NCBI GenBank assembly: GCA_963799845.1
Contig: CAWCYI010000006.1
Coordinates: 1 to 64,000 of the forward strand
DNA from: an uncultured Nitrososphaerota archaeon
Lineage (GTDB): Archaea; Thermoproteota; Nitrososphaeria; Nitrososphaerales; CADDZS01
Length of the DNA stretch: 64,000 nt
Direction: 5' to 3'
Shown: in pieces, positions 51,153 through 59,820 of the stretch
How the letters are laid out: each line of letters starts with the position of its first letter
Position numbering within the stretch: position 1 is the stretch's first letter
Program-made: the position numbers and the translations under genes
The notes under the pieces: model-generated
Seen by the model: only the letters and a program-made list of their open reading frames with translations
Told to the model about the DNA's origin: nothing
The model's database searches: none

Positions 51153-51725
51153 TTACTGCGCTGCTTCCGTTGGCGGAGCTTCTTCAGTTCTCATTTCAGC
51201 TGCTTCCTGAGCGCCCGCCGCAGCCGCTTGTGCCATTCTTGAGAATGTCGAGCCAGGACTGTAGCTCATTGAGCCTTCCTCCGTTGGAGAAACGAGGTAA
51301 GAAGGAATAGTCATCTTTCGCTGATTTAGGGCAATGTGCCCGTGAGAAATTAGTTGCCTCGCCTGGTAAGGAGATTTTGCGAGGCCCCTCTTCCAAACTA
51401 GCGTCTGCAATCTCCTCTCCAGAACGTTCTCTACGGTTAAAGATAGAACATCGTCAAGAGTATCTTGACCGGACTGTATCAATCCAAGTCGTCCCAAGTG
51501 GGTTAGAAGTTTCGGTTCTTCTCTGCCGCGGACATCCGACGATGCCGCCAAAAGATGGCGCGCCTGCTTTCTGTAATTCGAAAGCTTTGTCTGGGCGCGC
51601 CAGAGTTCTTTCTTGTTTCGCAGCCCATAAGTTCCGAGCAAAAACAGTTCCTGCGAAAGCTGGTCGCTGCGCCACGGATTTCTAGGCGATGAGTACTGTC
51701 TTCTCGACTTTTTTGGATCTCCCAT
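51153..51725 (-). CDS. rps4: 30S ribosomal protein S4
   Basis: MGDPKK, YGLRNKKELW, LERRLQT, QARQLISHGHI. Confidence 0.97.
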   Translation of the reverse strand: MGDPKKSRRQYSSPRNPWRSDQLSQELFLLGTYGLRNKKELWRAQTKLSNYRKQARHLLAASSDVRGREEPKLLTHLGRLGLIQSGQDTLDDVLSLTVENVLERRLQTLVWKRGLAKSPYQARQLISHGHIALNQRKMTIPSYLVSPTEEGSMSYSPGSTFSRMAQAAAAGAQEAAEMRTEEAPPTEAAQ

Positions 51726-51726
51726 C

Positions 51727-52224
51727 TCACTTCTTCTCCGCGTTCGCGGCTGCCTGTTGGGCCGCTTGAGCTGCCTGCAGCGAGGACTTCTTTACACCGA
51801 CGGTTCTTCCCTTCCGACCAGTCGTCCTGGTCCTCTGACCGCGGACCTTCAGTCCCAGACTGTGCCTTATTCCCCTCCAGGAGAACATGTTTTTCTCTCT
51901 GTCGAGATCGCCCTTTATCATGAAGTCAAGATCGCTCCCGATCCTGTGAAGATTAGAACCCGAGTCGATATCCTTTCTTCTGTCTAGCAACCAGGCGGGA
52001 AGGTTCAGAGAGTTCGGATCCTTTAGGGCAGCCTCGATTTGTTGAAGCTGTCTGTCGCTGAGCATACCCAGCCTCGTCCGTGAATCCAACTTCAGGGACA
52101 TTACCATTGCATTAGCATAACTGTCACCCACACCCTTTATTTCGGCAATCGCCGGGATTAGCTTCTTGGTTCCATCCAAGTCACGGCCAGCAATCCTGAC
52201 GATGTATTTGAATTCCTGCGACAT
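51727..52224 (-). CDS. rps13: 30S ribosomal protein S13
   Basis: IVRIAG.DLDG.K, WRGIRH.LGLKVRGQRTRTTGR. Confidence 0.97.
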   Translation of the reverse strand: MSQEFKYIVRIAGRDLDGTKKLIPAIAEIKGVGDSYANAMVMSLKLDSRTRLGMLSDRQLQQIEAALKDPNSLNLPAWLLDRRKDIDSGSNLHRIGSDLDFMIKGDLDREKNMFSWRGIRHSLGLKVRGQRTRTTGRKGRTVGVKKSSLQAAQAAQQAAANAEKK

Positions 52225-52420
52225 TAGTAAGGAAGAAGCTTGCGTTTAATCGTGCATAAAAACCTTAATTTTAATATCCGGTACTGCGTCATGCTTTCTC
52301 ACGATAATTGCTCTTCCAATCGTAGAAATCGGAATTCTTTACTAATTTCCGTCAAATGTTTTGAGAAATTATATATAATTGGCAGAGATTCGTGGACAAA
52401 CTAATCGGATCTTTCTTCGC

Positions 52421-52882
52421 TTGACGAAAATTGACGCTATCGATCTAAAGATTCTGGCGGAGCTTCAGAAAGATGCGAATATCAGCGTTCCAAAGCTCTC
52501 GAAGAAAATTAACGTGAATCCTTCTGTGGTTTACAGCAGGATCAAACGACTGACGAAACGGGAGCTGATAAAGAGGTTCACGATTGAAGTCAACGACGAA
52601 GTTCTCGGTTACAACGTCTCTGCGATAATTGGACTCAATATCGACTCCAAAGTTCGCGAACAAATTCTCGAAGAGATGCTCAGGATGGAGGGAATTCGAG
52701 ATGTTTACGAAGTTACCGGGCGGTTCGATTTGCTGGTCAGGGTAAAGGCAAAGTCGCTGGAAGACCTCCACTCTATGGTTTCCGCGAAGATGGGCAAAAT
52801 CAACGGGGTCAACCATACGGAAACGTTCATCGAAATGCGGCGTCGAGAGCCCGAATCGGCCTATCCATCCCAGATCTCATAG
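52421..52882 (+). CDS. Lrp/AsnC-family regulator
   Basis: IDAIDLKIL.EL, VYSRIKRL, EVTGRFD. Confidence 0.9.
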   Translation: MTKIDAIDLKILAELQKDANISVPKLSKKINVNPSVVYSRIKRLTKRELIKRFTIEVNDEVLGYNVSAIIGLNIDSKVREQILEEMLRMEGIRDVYEVTGRFDLLVRVKAKSLEDLHSMVSAKMGKINGVNHTETFIEMRRREPESAYPSQIS

Positions 52883-52931
52883 ATCAAAGTTTTAAGGTAG
52901 GAGTTAACTCATTGTCTAAAGGCCGAATAAC

Positions 52932-53249
52932 ATGGTAGAAAGAACTGAGATTATCAAACAGCTCGCTCAAGTCGTGGATCCGGAGGTCGGAGTTGCGATT
53001 ACCGAGATGGACCTGGTGGATGAGATTGGAATTGACGAAAAGACTGGCACCGTTACCGTCGGGTTCCACCTTACTGCACCCTTTTGTCCCCCAATGTTCG
53101 CCCTTGAGATAGCTCAGGACATCAAGAAAAGATTGCTTACGCTCGATGGCGTGAAGGAAGTCAAAGTCTCAATGACGGGACACTTCATGGCGGAGGAGAT
53201 CAACAGAAGAGTCAACTCTTCACCCTCCGTACCGGCTCCTCAGAGCTAA
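52932..53249 (+). CDS. DUF59/SufT-like Fe-S assembly protein
   Basis: VVDPEVG, LTAPFCP. Confidence 0.88.
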   Translation: MVERTEIIKQLAQVVDPEVGVAITEMDLVDEIGIDEKTGTVTVGFHLTAPFCPPMFALEIAQDIKKRLLTLDGVKEVKVSMTGHFMAEEINRRVNSSPSVPAPQS

Positions 53250-53257
53250 TCTGGCAT

Positions 53258-53671
53258 CTACGAACTGGCTGAAACTTCCTCGGCACCCATCTTCTCGCCG
53301 AGGTACTCGTAAACCGCAGATTTCATCACCTTTAGCGGCAGCAGGGCACATTTTATCCTCACTGCGCCAAGGTTAGGCGATCCGAGGTTGTCGAGTAGAA
53401 CCGTTTTGTCGATTTTGCGGACATCTTCGATTGACTTGCCCATGACTAGTTCCGTGAGCATGGAAGCCGAGGCCTGTGAGATGGCGCAACCATCGCCGTT
53501 GAATTTAATGTCGGAGACTTTGCCGTCGGAGAATTTCAACTGCATCTCGATGACGTCGCCGCAAAGAGGATTGGAGTCCCTTGATTTCGCGTCGGGAGAT
53601 TCAATCGTTCCCCTGTTTCTCGGATTCTTGTAATAGTCGAGTATGATTTCCTTGTAGATGTCTGAACTCAT
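53258..53671 (-). CDS. sufU: SufU/IscU-type Fe-S scaffold
   Basis: ILDYYKNPRNRG, NPLCGD, GCAISQASAS, RIKCALL. Confidence 0.9.
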   Translation of the reverse strand: MSSDIYKEIILDYYKNPRNRGTIESPDAKSRDSNPLCGDVIEMQLKFSDGKVSDIKFNGDGCAISQASASMLTELVMGKSIEDVRKIDKTVLLDNLGSPNLGAVRIKCALLPLKVMKSAVYEYLGEKMGAEEVSASS

Positions 53672-54978
53672 TAGGACAAAACCTCTTCAACCTTTTTCAG
53701 GGCTTTAATCAAGGCCTCAATATCATCGTAACCGTTGTACAAGTAAAAGCTTGCTCTAGAAGTTGCCGGCACCCCGAGCTTCTCCATCATTATCTGGGCG
53801 CAGTGGTGTCCCGAACGGATTGCAACCCCCTCGGCGTCAAGAATTGAAGCCACATCATGCGCGTGGATCTTCCCCACGTTGAACGAAATAACGGCGCCTC
53901 TCTTCATCGCATTCATCGGACCGTAAATTTGAATCCCCTTTATCCGAGAAATTTCTTCAAGCGTTGCTTTCGTGATTTGCAACTCATGAGAGGCGACATT
54001 TTTCATTCCTAGTTCTTGCAAATAGTCAATTGCAGAACCGAAGCCGATGACGTCGGCGATGTTCGAAGTACCCGCCTCGAATTTCCACGGTAGTTCGTTC
54101 CACTTCGTCTCAGTTCTGTGAACTTCGCGAATCATGTCCCCGCCCAGAAGAAATGGTGGTATTTCTTCGAGCAACTGCTTCTTTCCGTATAGGCAGCCGA
54201 CCCCCGTCGGGCCCAGCATCTTGTGAGCGGAAAACGCAAAGAAATCGCAATCGAGATCCTGGACATCAATCGACATATGCGGAACGGACTGCGCGCCATC
54301 AACGACTGCAATGCTGCCCTGATCATGAGCCATCTTTGTCAGTTTCTTAGCATCGTTTATCGTCCCGAGAACGTTCGACATGTGCGTGAACGCAAAGATC
54401 TTCGCGCCGCGAAGTTTCGATTCGAGGTCTGATTCGTCAATCTCGCCATCGTCGGTAACATTTGCGATTTCAAGTTGAACTCCTTTATGCTTCGCCAGCT
54501 GCTGCCAGGGAACAAAGTTGCTGTGGTGCTCCATCTCGGTAACGACGATCTTGTCGCCCGGTTTTACATACCTGTCAAAAGTGCACTTCGCAACAAGATT
54601 CAGCGCTTCTGTAGCGTTCTTTGTAAAAATGATCTCTTCACGCGACTTCGCGTTTACAAACACTCTGACCTTGTCCCGGGAGGATTCGAATGCTTCTGTG
54701 GCTTCTTCCCCGAGGATGTGCACGGACCTGTGGATGTTCGCATTCATGTTGGTATAATATTCAGAAATAACGTCGATTACCTGCTGGGGTTTTTGAGTCG
54801 TGGCAGCGTTGTCGAGGTAAACGAGTCTCTTGCCGTGGACTCGCCGTTTCAAAATGGGAAAGTCGTTTCGAATCTTCACTAAATCGAGCTTGGGAGCCCC
54901 TTCAACCTCAAGCATATTTTTGACTTCTTTTTTCTTCGGTATTCTTATGGTCGAACGATCTATTTCTGCTTTTTTCAT
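53671..54978 (-). CDS. sufS: Cysteine desulfurase (SufS type)
   Basis: YLDNAATTQKP, MEHHSN.VPWQ, SAHKMLGP, RSGHHCAQ; alternative start at 54915. Confidence 0.95.
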   Translation of the reverse strand: MKKAEIDRSTIRIPKKKEVKNMLEVEGAPKLDLVKIRNDFPILKRRVHGKRLVYLDNAATTQKPQQVIDVISEYYTNMNANIHRSVHILGEEATEAFESSRDKVRVFVNAKSREEIIFTKNATEALNLVAKCTFDRYVKPGDKIVVTEMEHHSNFVPWQQLAKHKGVQLEIANVTDDGEIDESDLESKLRGAKIFAFTHMSNVLGTINDAKKLTKMAHDQGSIAVVDGAQSVPHMSIDVQDLDCDFFAFSAHKMLGPTGVGCLYGKKQLLEEIPPFLLGGDMIREVHRTETKWNELPWKFEAGTSNIADVIGFGSAIDYLQELGMKNVASHELQITKATLEEISRIKGIQIYGPMNAMKRGAVISFNVGKIHAHDVASILDAEGVAIRSGHHCAQIMMEKLGVPATSRASFYLYNGYDDIEALIKALKKVEEVLS

Positions 54979-54999
54979 TCGGAAATAGAATGCCGGATA

Positions 55000-56400
55000 C
55001 TAGCGGTACTTGTAGTGACCTTCGAAGATGTCTTTCTTCGCCTGCTGGTCTCTGTTTTCCTCTTCGAAGAGAACTTCCCTTTTCTTTCTCTTGATCAAAC
55101 CGGTTTGTCTGTACCATTTTGATTCCACGAGATCGCGCATCGTGTCCCGCAACTCTTCAGAGTTAATTCTTGAAATTGCAGGTTCCAGAAATCCCATGAC
55201 GATAAATTTCTTCGATTCATCCTCCGACAGCCCTCTGGACATCATGTAGAAGATCTGCTCTTCGTCTATCTGGGAGACGGAAGCGGAGTGAGTCGCCTTG
55301 ACGTCGTTCGTGAGAATCTCTAGACCGGGTATAGCATCCGATCGCGCATCAGGGCTGAGCAGAATTGCATGTCCCGCAAGATAGGCGCTCGAATTCTTTG
55401 CCAGTTTTCCTATCCTGATCATCCCCTTGAAGATGGATTCCGACTTGTCCATTAGCACGTTGTTGGAAAGGATTCGCCCTTTGGTGTGCTGTCCAATATG
55501 AGATAGATCAGAAACCAGATCGAATTTCTGAGAATTATTTCCCAGGACGACTTCGACATCCTCAGCCCCTGCGCCGTCTTTGAGAAAGATGCTTTCGGAC
55601 CTGGATCTGTGGAACTTACCACCAAAGTAGCCGAGCGTCCACCTGATCTGGGCGTCCTTCTCGCAGATAGCTTTGCTGTTGGTCAGAACTGTCGTCTGTT
55701 GTGAATAATCCTGAATGTTGGAGTAACTGACGATTGACGAGTCTTTCACGTAAGCCTCGACGAGCTCGCTCGCGAGGCTGGGGATTTCTGCTCCGTAACT
55801 TTCTGTGAGAAGCGACAACTCCGTGTTGGGCTCGGCATATACCCAGGTCTGATTGAAGTAGGGTTTCAGCGAATTGAGGTAGAACCTGATTCTCAGAGGT
55901 TCCTGAAGATGAACATTCTTGGGAATGTATAGCAGCCAGGCCCCTGAGAAAAGAGCAGAATTCAATGCACCGTACTTGTCGTCCGAAGGTTTAATCGCCT
56001 TGTCGGAGAATATTTTTTTCAGAATCTCCTCGTGCTTTTCTAGCGCTTCGTGATAGTCGCAGAATATCACTCCCTTGGACTGGAGGTCCTTAACGTTCTT
56101 CGATGCGATCGTTTCCGTCTGGGTACTGACGTAATACTGTCCGGACTCCATTCCAGAAGCGATCTCGGTGATAGGTGCGGAGCTCGGATCCGCAACTGCT
56201 TGTCCTGAAACCGCGCTGTTGGCGAAATTTACGTTGAGATTTAGCGCGTACTTTGTGTAGAGATTTGATTTTTCTTCAGGAAGAACCTTGAACTGCCTCA
56301 GAGATTCTAGACGAAATTCCCTGAGCCACGATGGTTCGTTGAGAGAGCTTGAAAGTTTCTCGACAAACTCTTCCTCGAAACTCTGAACTTCTTGTTCCAC
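55000..56400 (-). CDS. sufD: Fe-S cluster assembly protein SufD
   Basis: PGLEILTNDVKATHSASV, QIFYMMSRG, GFLEP. Confidence 0.9.
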   Translation of the reverse strand: MEQEVQSFEEEFVEKLSSSLNEPSWLREFRLESLRQFKVLPEEKSNLYTKYALNLNVNFANSAVSGQAVADPSSAPITEIASGMESGQYYVSTQTETIASKNVKDLQSKGVIFCDYHEALEKHEEILKKIFSDKAIKPSDDKYGALNSALFSGAWLLYIPKNVHLQEPLRIRFYLNSLKPYFNQTWVYAEPNTELSLLTESYGAEIPSLASELVEAYVKDSSIVSYSNIQDYSQQTTVLTNSKAICEKDAQIRWTLGYFGGKFHRSRSESIFLKDGAGAEDVEVVLGNNSQKFDLVSDLSHIGQHTKGRILSNNVLMDKSESIFKGMIRIGKLAKNSSAYLAGHAILLSPDARSDAIPGLEILTNDVKATHSASVSQIDEEQIFYMMSRGLSEDESKKFIVMGFLEPAISRINSEELRDTMRDLVESKWYRQTGLIKRKKREVLFEEENRDQQAKKDIFEGHYKYR

Positions 56401-56466
56401 CTAATCAAGCGCCTCACGAAAAAAAATCGGACCCACCTATTGGATGGGCTGATTTGTATCTCAGAT

Positions 56467-57864
56467 CTAGCCGACAGATCCAATCATTTCTAACTGGATG
56501 AGTCTGTTTAACTCTACGGCGTATTCCATCGGAAGTTCTTTGGTGAATGGTTCGAGAAAGCCCATGACTATCATGCTCAGCGCATCGGACTCGTTCAGTC
56601 CTCGGCTCATGAGGTAGAACATTGCTTCCTCGCTGATCTTCCCGACGGTTGCTTCGTGGGTCGTATTCGCAGATTGCTCCTCGATCTCGTTGTATGGATA
56701 GGTATCGGTCCTGGACTTCTCATCGAGCAACAGCGCGTCACACCTGACGCTTGACTTTACTCCCGGCAATCCCTTGTCCACGTGGAGCATCCCCCGGTAG
56801 GTGGTCTGACCGCCGTCCTTGCTGACAGACTTGCTCGTGATCCTCGACGTCGTGTAGGGAGCGCGGTGGTAAATCTTTGCTCCGGCATCCTGGTGCTGAC
56901 CCGCTCCAGAAAACGCAATCGACAAGACCTCGCCCTTTGCTCTCGGTCCGACGAGGTAGATGGACGGATACTTCATCGTCAACCGACTGCCCAGGTTTCC
57001 GTCGACCCATTCGACGGTCGCGTCCTCGTACGCATACGCCCTCTTGGTGACGAGGTTGTAAACGTCCTTCGACCAGTTCTGGATTGTGGTATACCTCACC
57101 TTTGCACCCTTTTTCGCGATAATCTCGACGACGGCCGAGTGCAACGACTCAGATGAGTAGATTGGCGCGGTGCATCCTTCGATATAGTGGACCTCTGATC
57201 CGGGCTCTGCAATGATCAGAGTCCTTTCAAACTGTCCAATGTTTTTGCCGTTGATTCTAAAGTATGCCTGTAAAGGAACGTCTACTTTCACGCCAGCCGG
57301 AATGTGGACGAAACTGCCACCGCTCCAGACTGCAGTGTTCAGTGCTGCAAATTTGTTGTCGTTTGGCGGAATGATCGTTCCAAAATATCGCTTCATGACA
57401 TCCGGATATTCTTTCAGGGCAGAGTCCGTGTCAAGGAATATGACGCCCTTTTTCCCAAGGTCTTCCCTCAGAGAGTGGTAGACAACTTCAGACTCGTACT
57501 GCGCTCCGACTCCCCCGAGGAACTTGCGCTCGGCTTCGGGAATGCCCAGCTTGTCGAAGGTCTTCCTGATGTTTTCCGGGACATCCTTCCAGTCGGTCCC
57601 CATCTTTTCAGTCGGTTTCGAGTAGTAGAAAATGTTGTCAAAGTCGATCTTCGAAAGATCGCCGCCCCAACTAGGCATTGGACGATCCATGAAATAATCG
57701 TAAGCTTTCAGGCGGATGTTCTTCATCCACTCTGGCTCGTTCTTCATCTTCGAGATTTCTTCGACGGTTGCTCGCGTCAGACCTCTCTTGGACTTGAATA
57801 CCAGATCCTCGGGATCCCTGAAGTCGTACTTGCTGTAATCTTCATTGAAAACTTGCGTAGTCAT
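56467..57864 (-). CDS. sufB: Fe-S cluster assembly protein SufB
   Basis: [39 protein letters not shown]. Confidence 0.96.
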   Translation of the reverse strand: MTTQVFNEDYSKYDFRDPEDLVFKSKRGLTRATVEEISKMKNEPEWMKNIRLKAYDYFMDRPMPSWGGDLSKIDFDNIFYYSKPTEKMGTDWKDVPENIRKTFDKLGIPEAERKFLGGVGAQYESEVVYHSLREDLGKKGVIFLDTDSALKEYPDVMKRYFGTIIPPNDNKFAALNTAVWSGGSFVHIPAGVKVDVPLQAYFRINGKNIGQFERTLIIAEPGSEVHYIEGCTAPIYSSESLHSAVVEIIAKKGAKVRYTTIQNWSKDVYNLVTKRAYAYEDATVEWVDGNLGSRLTMKYPSIYLVGPRAKGEVLSIAFSGAGQHQDAGAKIYHRAPYTTSRITSKSVSKDGGQTTYRGMLHVDKGLPGVKSSVRCDALLLDEKSRTDTYPYNEIEEQSANTTHEATVGKISEEAMFYLMSRGLNESDALSMIVMGFLEPFTKELPMEYAVELNRLIQLEMIGSVG

Positions 57865-57915
57865 ACCCGATCGGATATATGACGTATGTTATATCTAATA
57901 AGCCTTGTGACGCGA

Positions 57916-58459
57916 GGTTCTGTAACGTCTTAGGTGGGCAGGTAAGGAGAGTGAGCTGAAAAATATGTTGCAAACTACGCCCTTTCTTTTATTTGACGGC
58001 AACTGTGCTGAAGCAATGACATTTTACCACGAATGTCTTGGCGGAGAATTAACCCTGACAAAACTTGGAGACACTCCCATGAAAGATCAATTCCCAAAAG
58101 AAAAGCATGAGAGAATGATTAACGCTCATCTCAAAAGTGGAGCAATTGAAATTTCTGCAACAGATTGGATGGCATCTCCCGCATTTCTGCCTAAGCAGGG
58201 CAACACTTATGCGATCTTTGTTGTTGGCGGAGCGTATGACGAGCTGAAAGCAGTGTTTGATAAGCTGGCAGTAGGAGCAGAAAAGGAAAGGTTTCAAGAA
58301 TTGCATGATTTGCCATTTGGAACGTATGGACAGTTTTATGACAAATATGGTGTTCAGTGGATTTTCAAGGGAGATAAACGACAGTCCTGATCATTAATTA
58401 TCTGCCGATTTGTTACAAGGAGAAGTTTATGCTTGATCAGCCGTGAACGTTACAGAACC
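57916..58459. mobile_element. Non-autonomous TIR element (IS6-like ends) carrying a passenger gene
   Basis: GGTTCTGTAACGT (57916-57928) and ACGTTACAGAACC (58447-58459) form a perfect 13-bp inverted repeat, flanked by TGACGCGA at 57908-57915 and 58460-58467. Confidence 0.85.
57965..58390 (+). CDS. VOC-family (PhnB-like) protein
   Basis: PFLLFDGNCAEAMTFYHECLGGEL, YGQFYDKYGVQW. Confidence 0.9.
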   Translation: MLQTTPFLLFDGNCAEAMTFYHECLGGELTLTKLGDTPMKDQFPKEKHERMINAHLKSGAIEISATDWMASPAFLPKQGNTYAIFVVGGAYDELKAVFDKLAVGAEKERFQELHDLPFGTYGQFYDKYGVQWIFKGDKRQS

Positions 58460-58534
58460 TGACGCGAGGTTCTGTATAATCTTCGCGGGGTCGAGGTCAA
58501 TTTTGAAGGTGTGTAAAGTCGATGGGTCTTCCCT

Positions 58535-58933
58535 TTAGCAGGTAATGAAAATGCTCTCTTCGCCAGATAAAGAAGTTCCACTCACTGACCATACGAAAAC
58601 ATTGACGCTGTAGTTTCCATACGCCAAGGTTATGACCAGATATGAAGTTACATTTTGTTCTTGTGCCGCGATAATTGTCGAAGTTGAAACTTCAAGCGTC
58701 TGTCCAATCGAATTATGGAATACACCAATCACAATTCCAGCGATTGAAACATTTTCCGTGTATCTAAGCGGTACTGTCATCGTCTTGTATTCACCGAGTG
58801 CCGAGCTGTAAGGTGTTGTTTGAGTAAACATGAATGGGCTGATGTAAGGCTGATCGGAGTTCTCGAAAAGCTGGATACCCATTCCAGAAATTAGTAATAT
58901 CACGAAAATTCTGGCTAAATTTGATAATATCAT
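58535..58933 (-). CDS. Hypothetical exported protein
   Basis: N-terminal hydrophobic helix followed by a beta-rich domain. Confidence 0.65.
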   Translation of the reverse strand: MILSNLARIFVILLISGMGIQLFENSDQPYISPFMFTQTTPYSSALGEYKTMTVPLRYTENVSIAGIVIGVFHNSIGQTLEVSTSTIIAAQEQNVTSYLVITLAYGNYSVNVFVWSVSGTSLSGEESIFITC

Positions 58934-58975
58934 ATACTCGGCTCTATGATTAACATTGGCCTTTCTCCTTAGCGG

Positions 58976-59349
58976 TCAGGGATCGGAACCCTTAGTCTCC
59001 TAGTAGAATTTCCCAAGGTTCGATCTTAATAGTTTTCAAAACGTCAATTGGAGTCCACGGATCGTCAGCTAACCATGTCTCGAGGGTCTTTTGGTTTTCT
59101 GTATTGAAAATTAGTAAGATCCTTTTGCCGTCGCCAATTGGGCCTCCTAGAATTACAAAACCTTTGCCCAAAGAGTTCCCATGTAATCAGAGTGTTGAGT
59201 AAATTGCTTCTGCTCGTTCATTGGTAGTGACTCATTCCACGCCGAACCATGTTCCCTTGTAACTGCGAAGTACTTCATGTTGGAATTTCTTACACCTCAT
59301 GGAGCCACAAAAGCTCTTTCGCCAAACTATCCTTTCAGGGATCAGAACC
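58976..59349. repeat. 15-bp direct repeat pair (14/15 identical) bracketing a YciI-like gene
   Basis: TCAGGGATCGGAACC at 58976-58990 and TCAGGGATCAGAACC at 59335-59349. Confidence 0.7.
58992..59278 (-). pseudogene. YciI-like protein with a one-base frameshift, absent from the ORF track
   Basis: MKYFAVTREHGSAWNESLPMNEQ...QHSDYM then GFVILGGPIGDG..ILLIF...LADDPW...IEPWEILLGD in the adjacent frame. Confidence 0.7.
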
Positions 59350-59820
59350 GTTCAGGCATGAAGTACTATCCGGTCGGGAGTAAAAGCCGGTCAGGGATGA
59401 AATGCGATTAACATCATTTTGGTCGAAAGTATGCTCTAATTTGATCGGTTAGATGTGAGGAGGACTTTGAGCGTTGAAAGATTGCGGCCATGATCACGCC
59501 TTGTTCGGAGAGGTACATCAACAAATTTTTCGAGTTCTTTCTTATCAAGACGACCGACACACTTGCTTCGGTGACTTCACCAACGGGTAGGGGTTCCAGT
59601 TTCACTATCAAATACGTTGCTTCAAATTAAGTGGGTCTAGGGTCGCTTTTTCCAATTCAAGCAGTATTCAATACCCAATCGAATTGGAAGAGAAGAACAT
59701 CGTGACCTAGATATTTGACTCTTGGTCAATAGCTCTTGCCAAGATTATTGAGTGAGAAAAAAAGAAGAAAAGATGGATGGAGTCGAGGCCATTCACCCAA
59801 CTCCGATTAAGTTCTGTTAC

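Noticed and set aside
57908-59400. CRISPR array or classical integron interpretation of the repeats
   Set aside because: Repeats are few, short and separated by whole genes; no cas genes, IntI or canonical attC ends in the window.
59414-59611. 65-aa minus-strand ORF as a definite gene
   Set aside because: No family signal; used only as positional context for a repeat.
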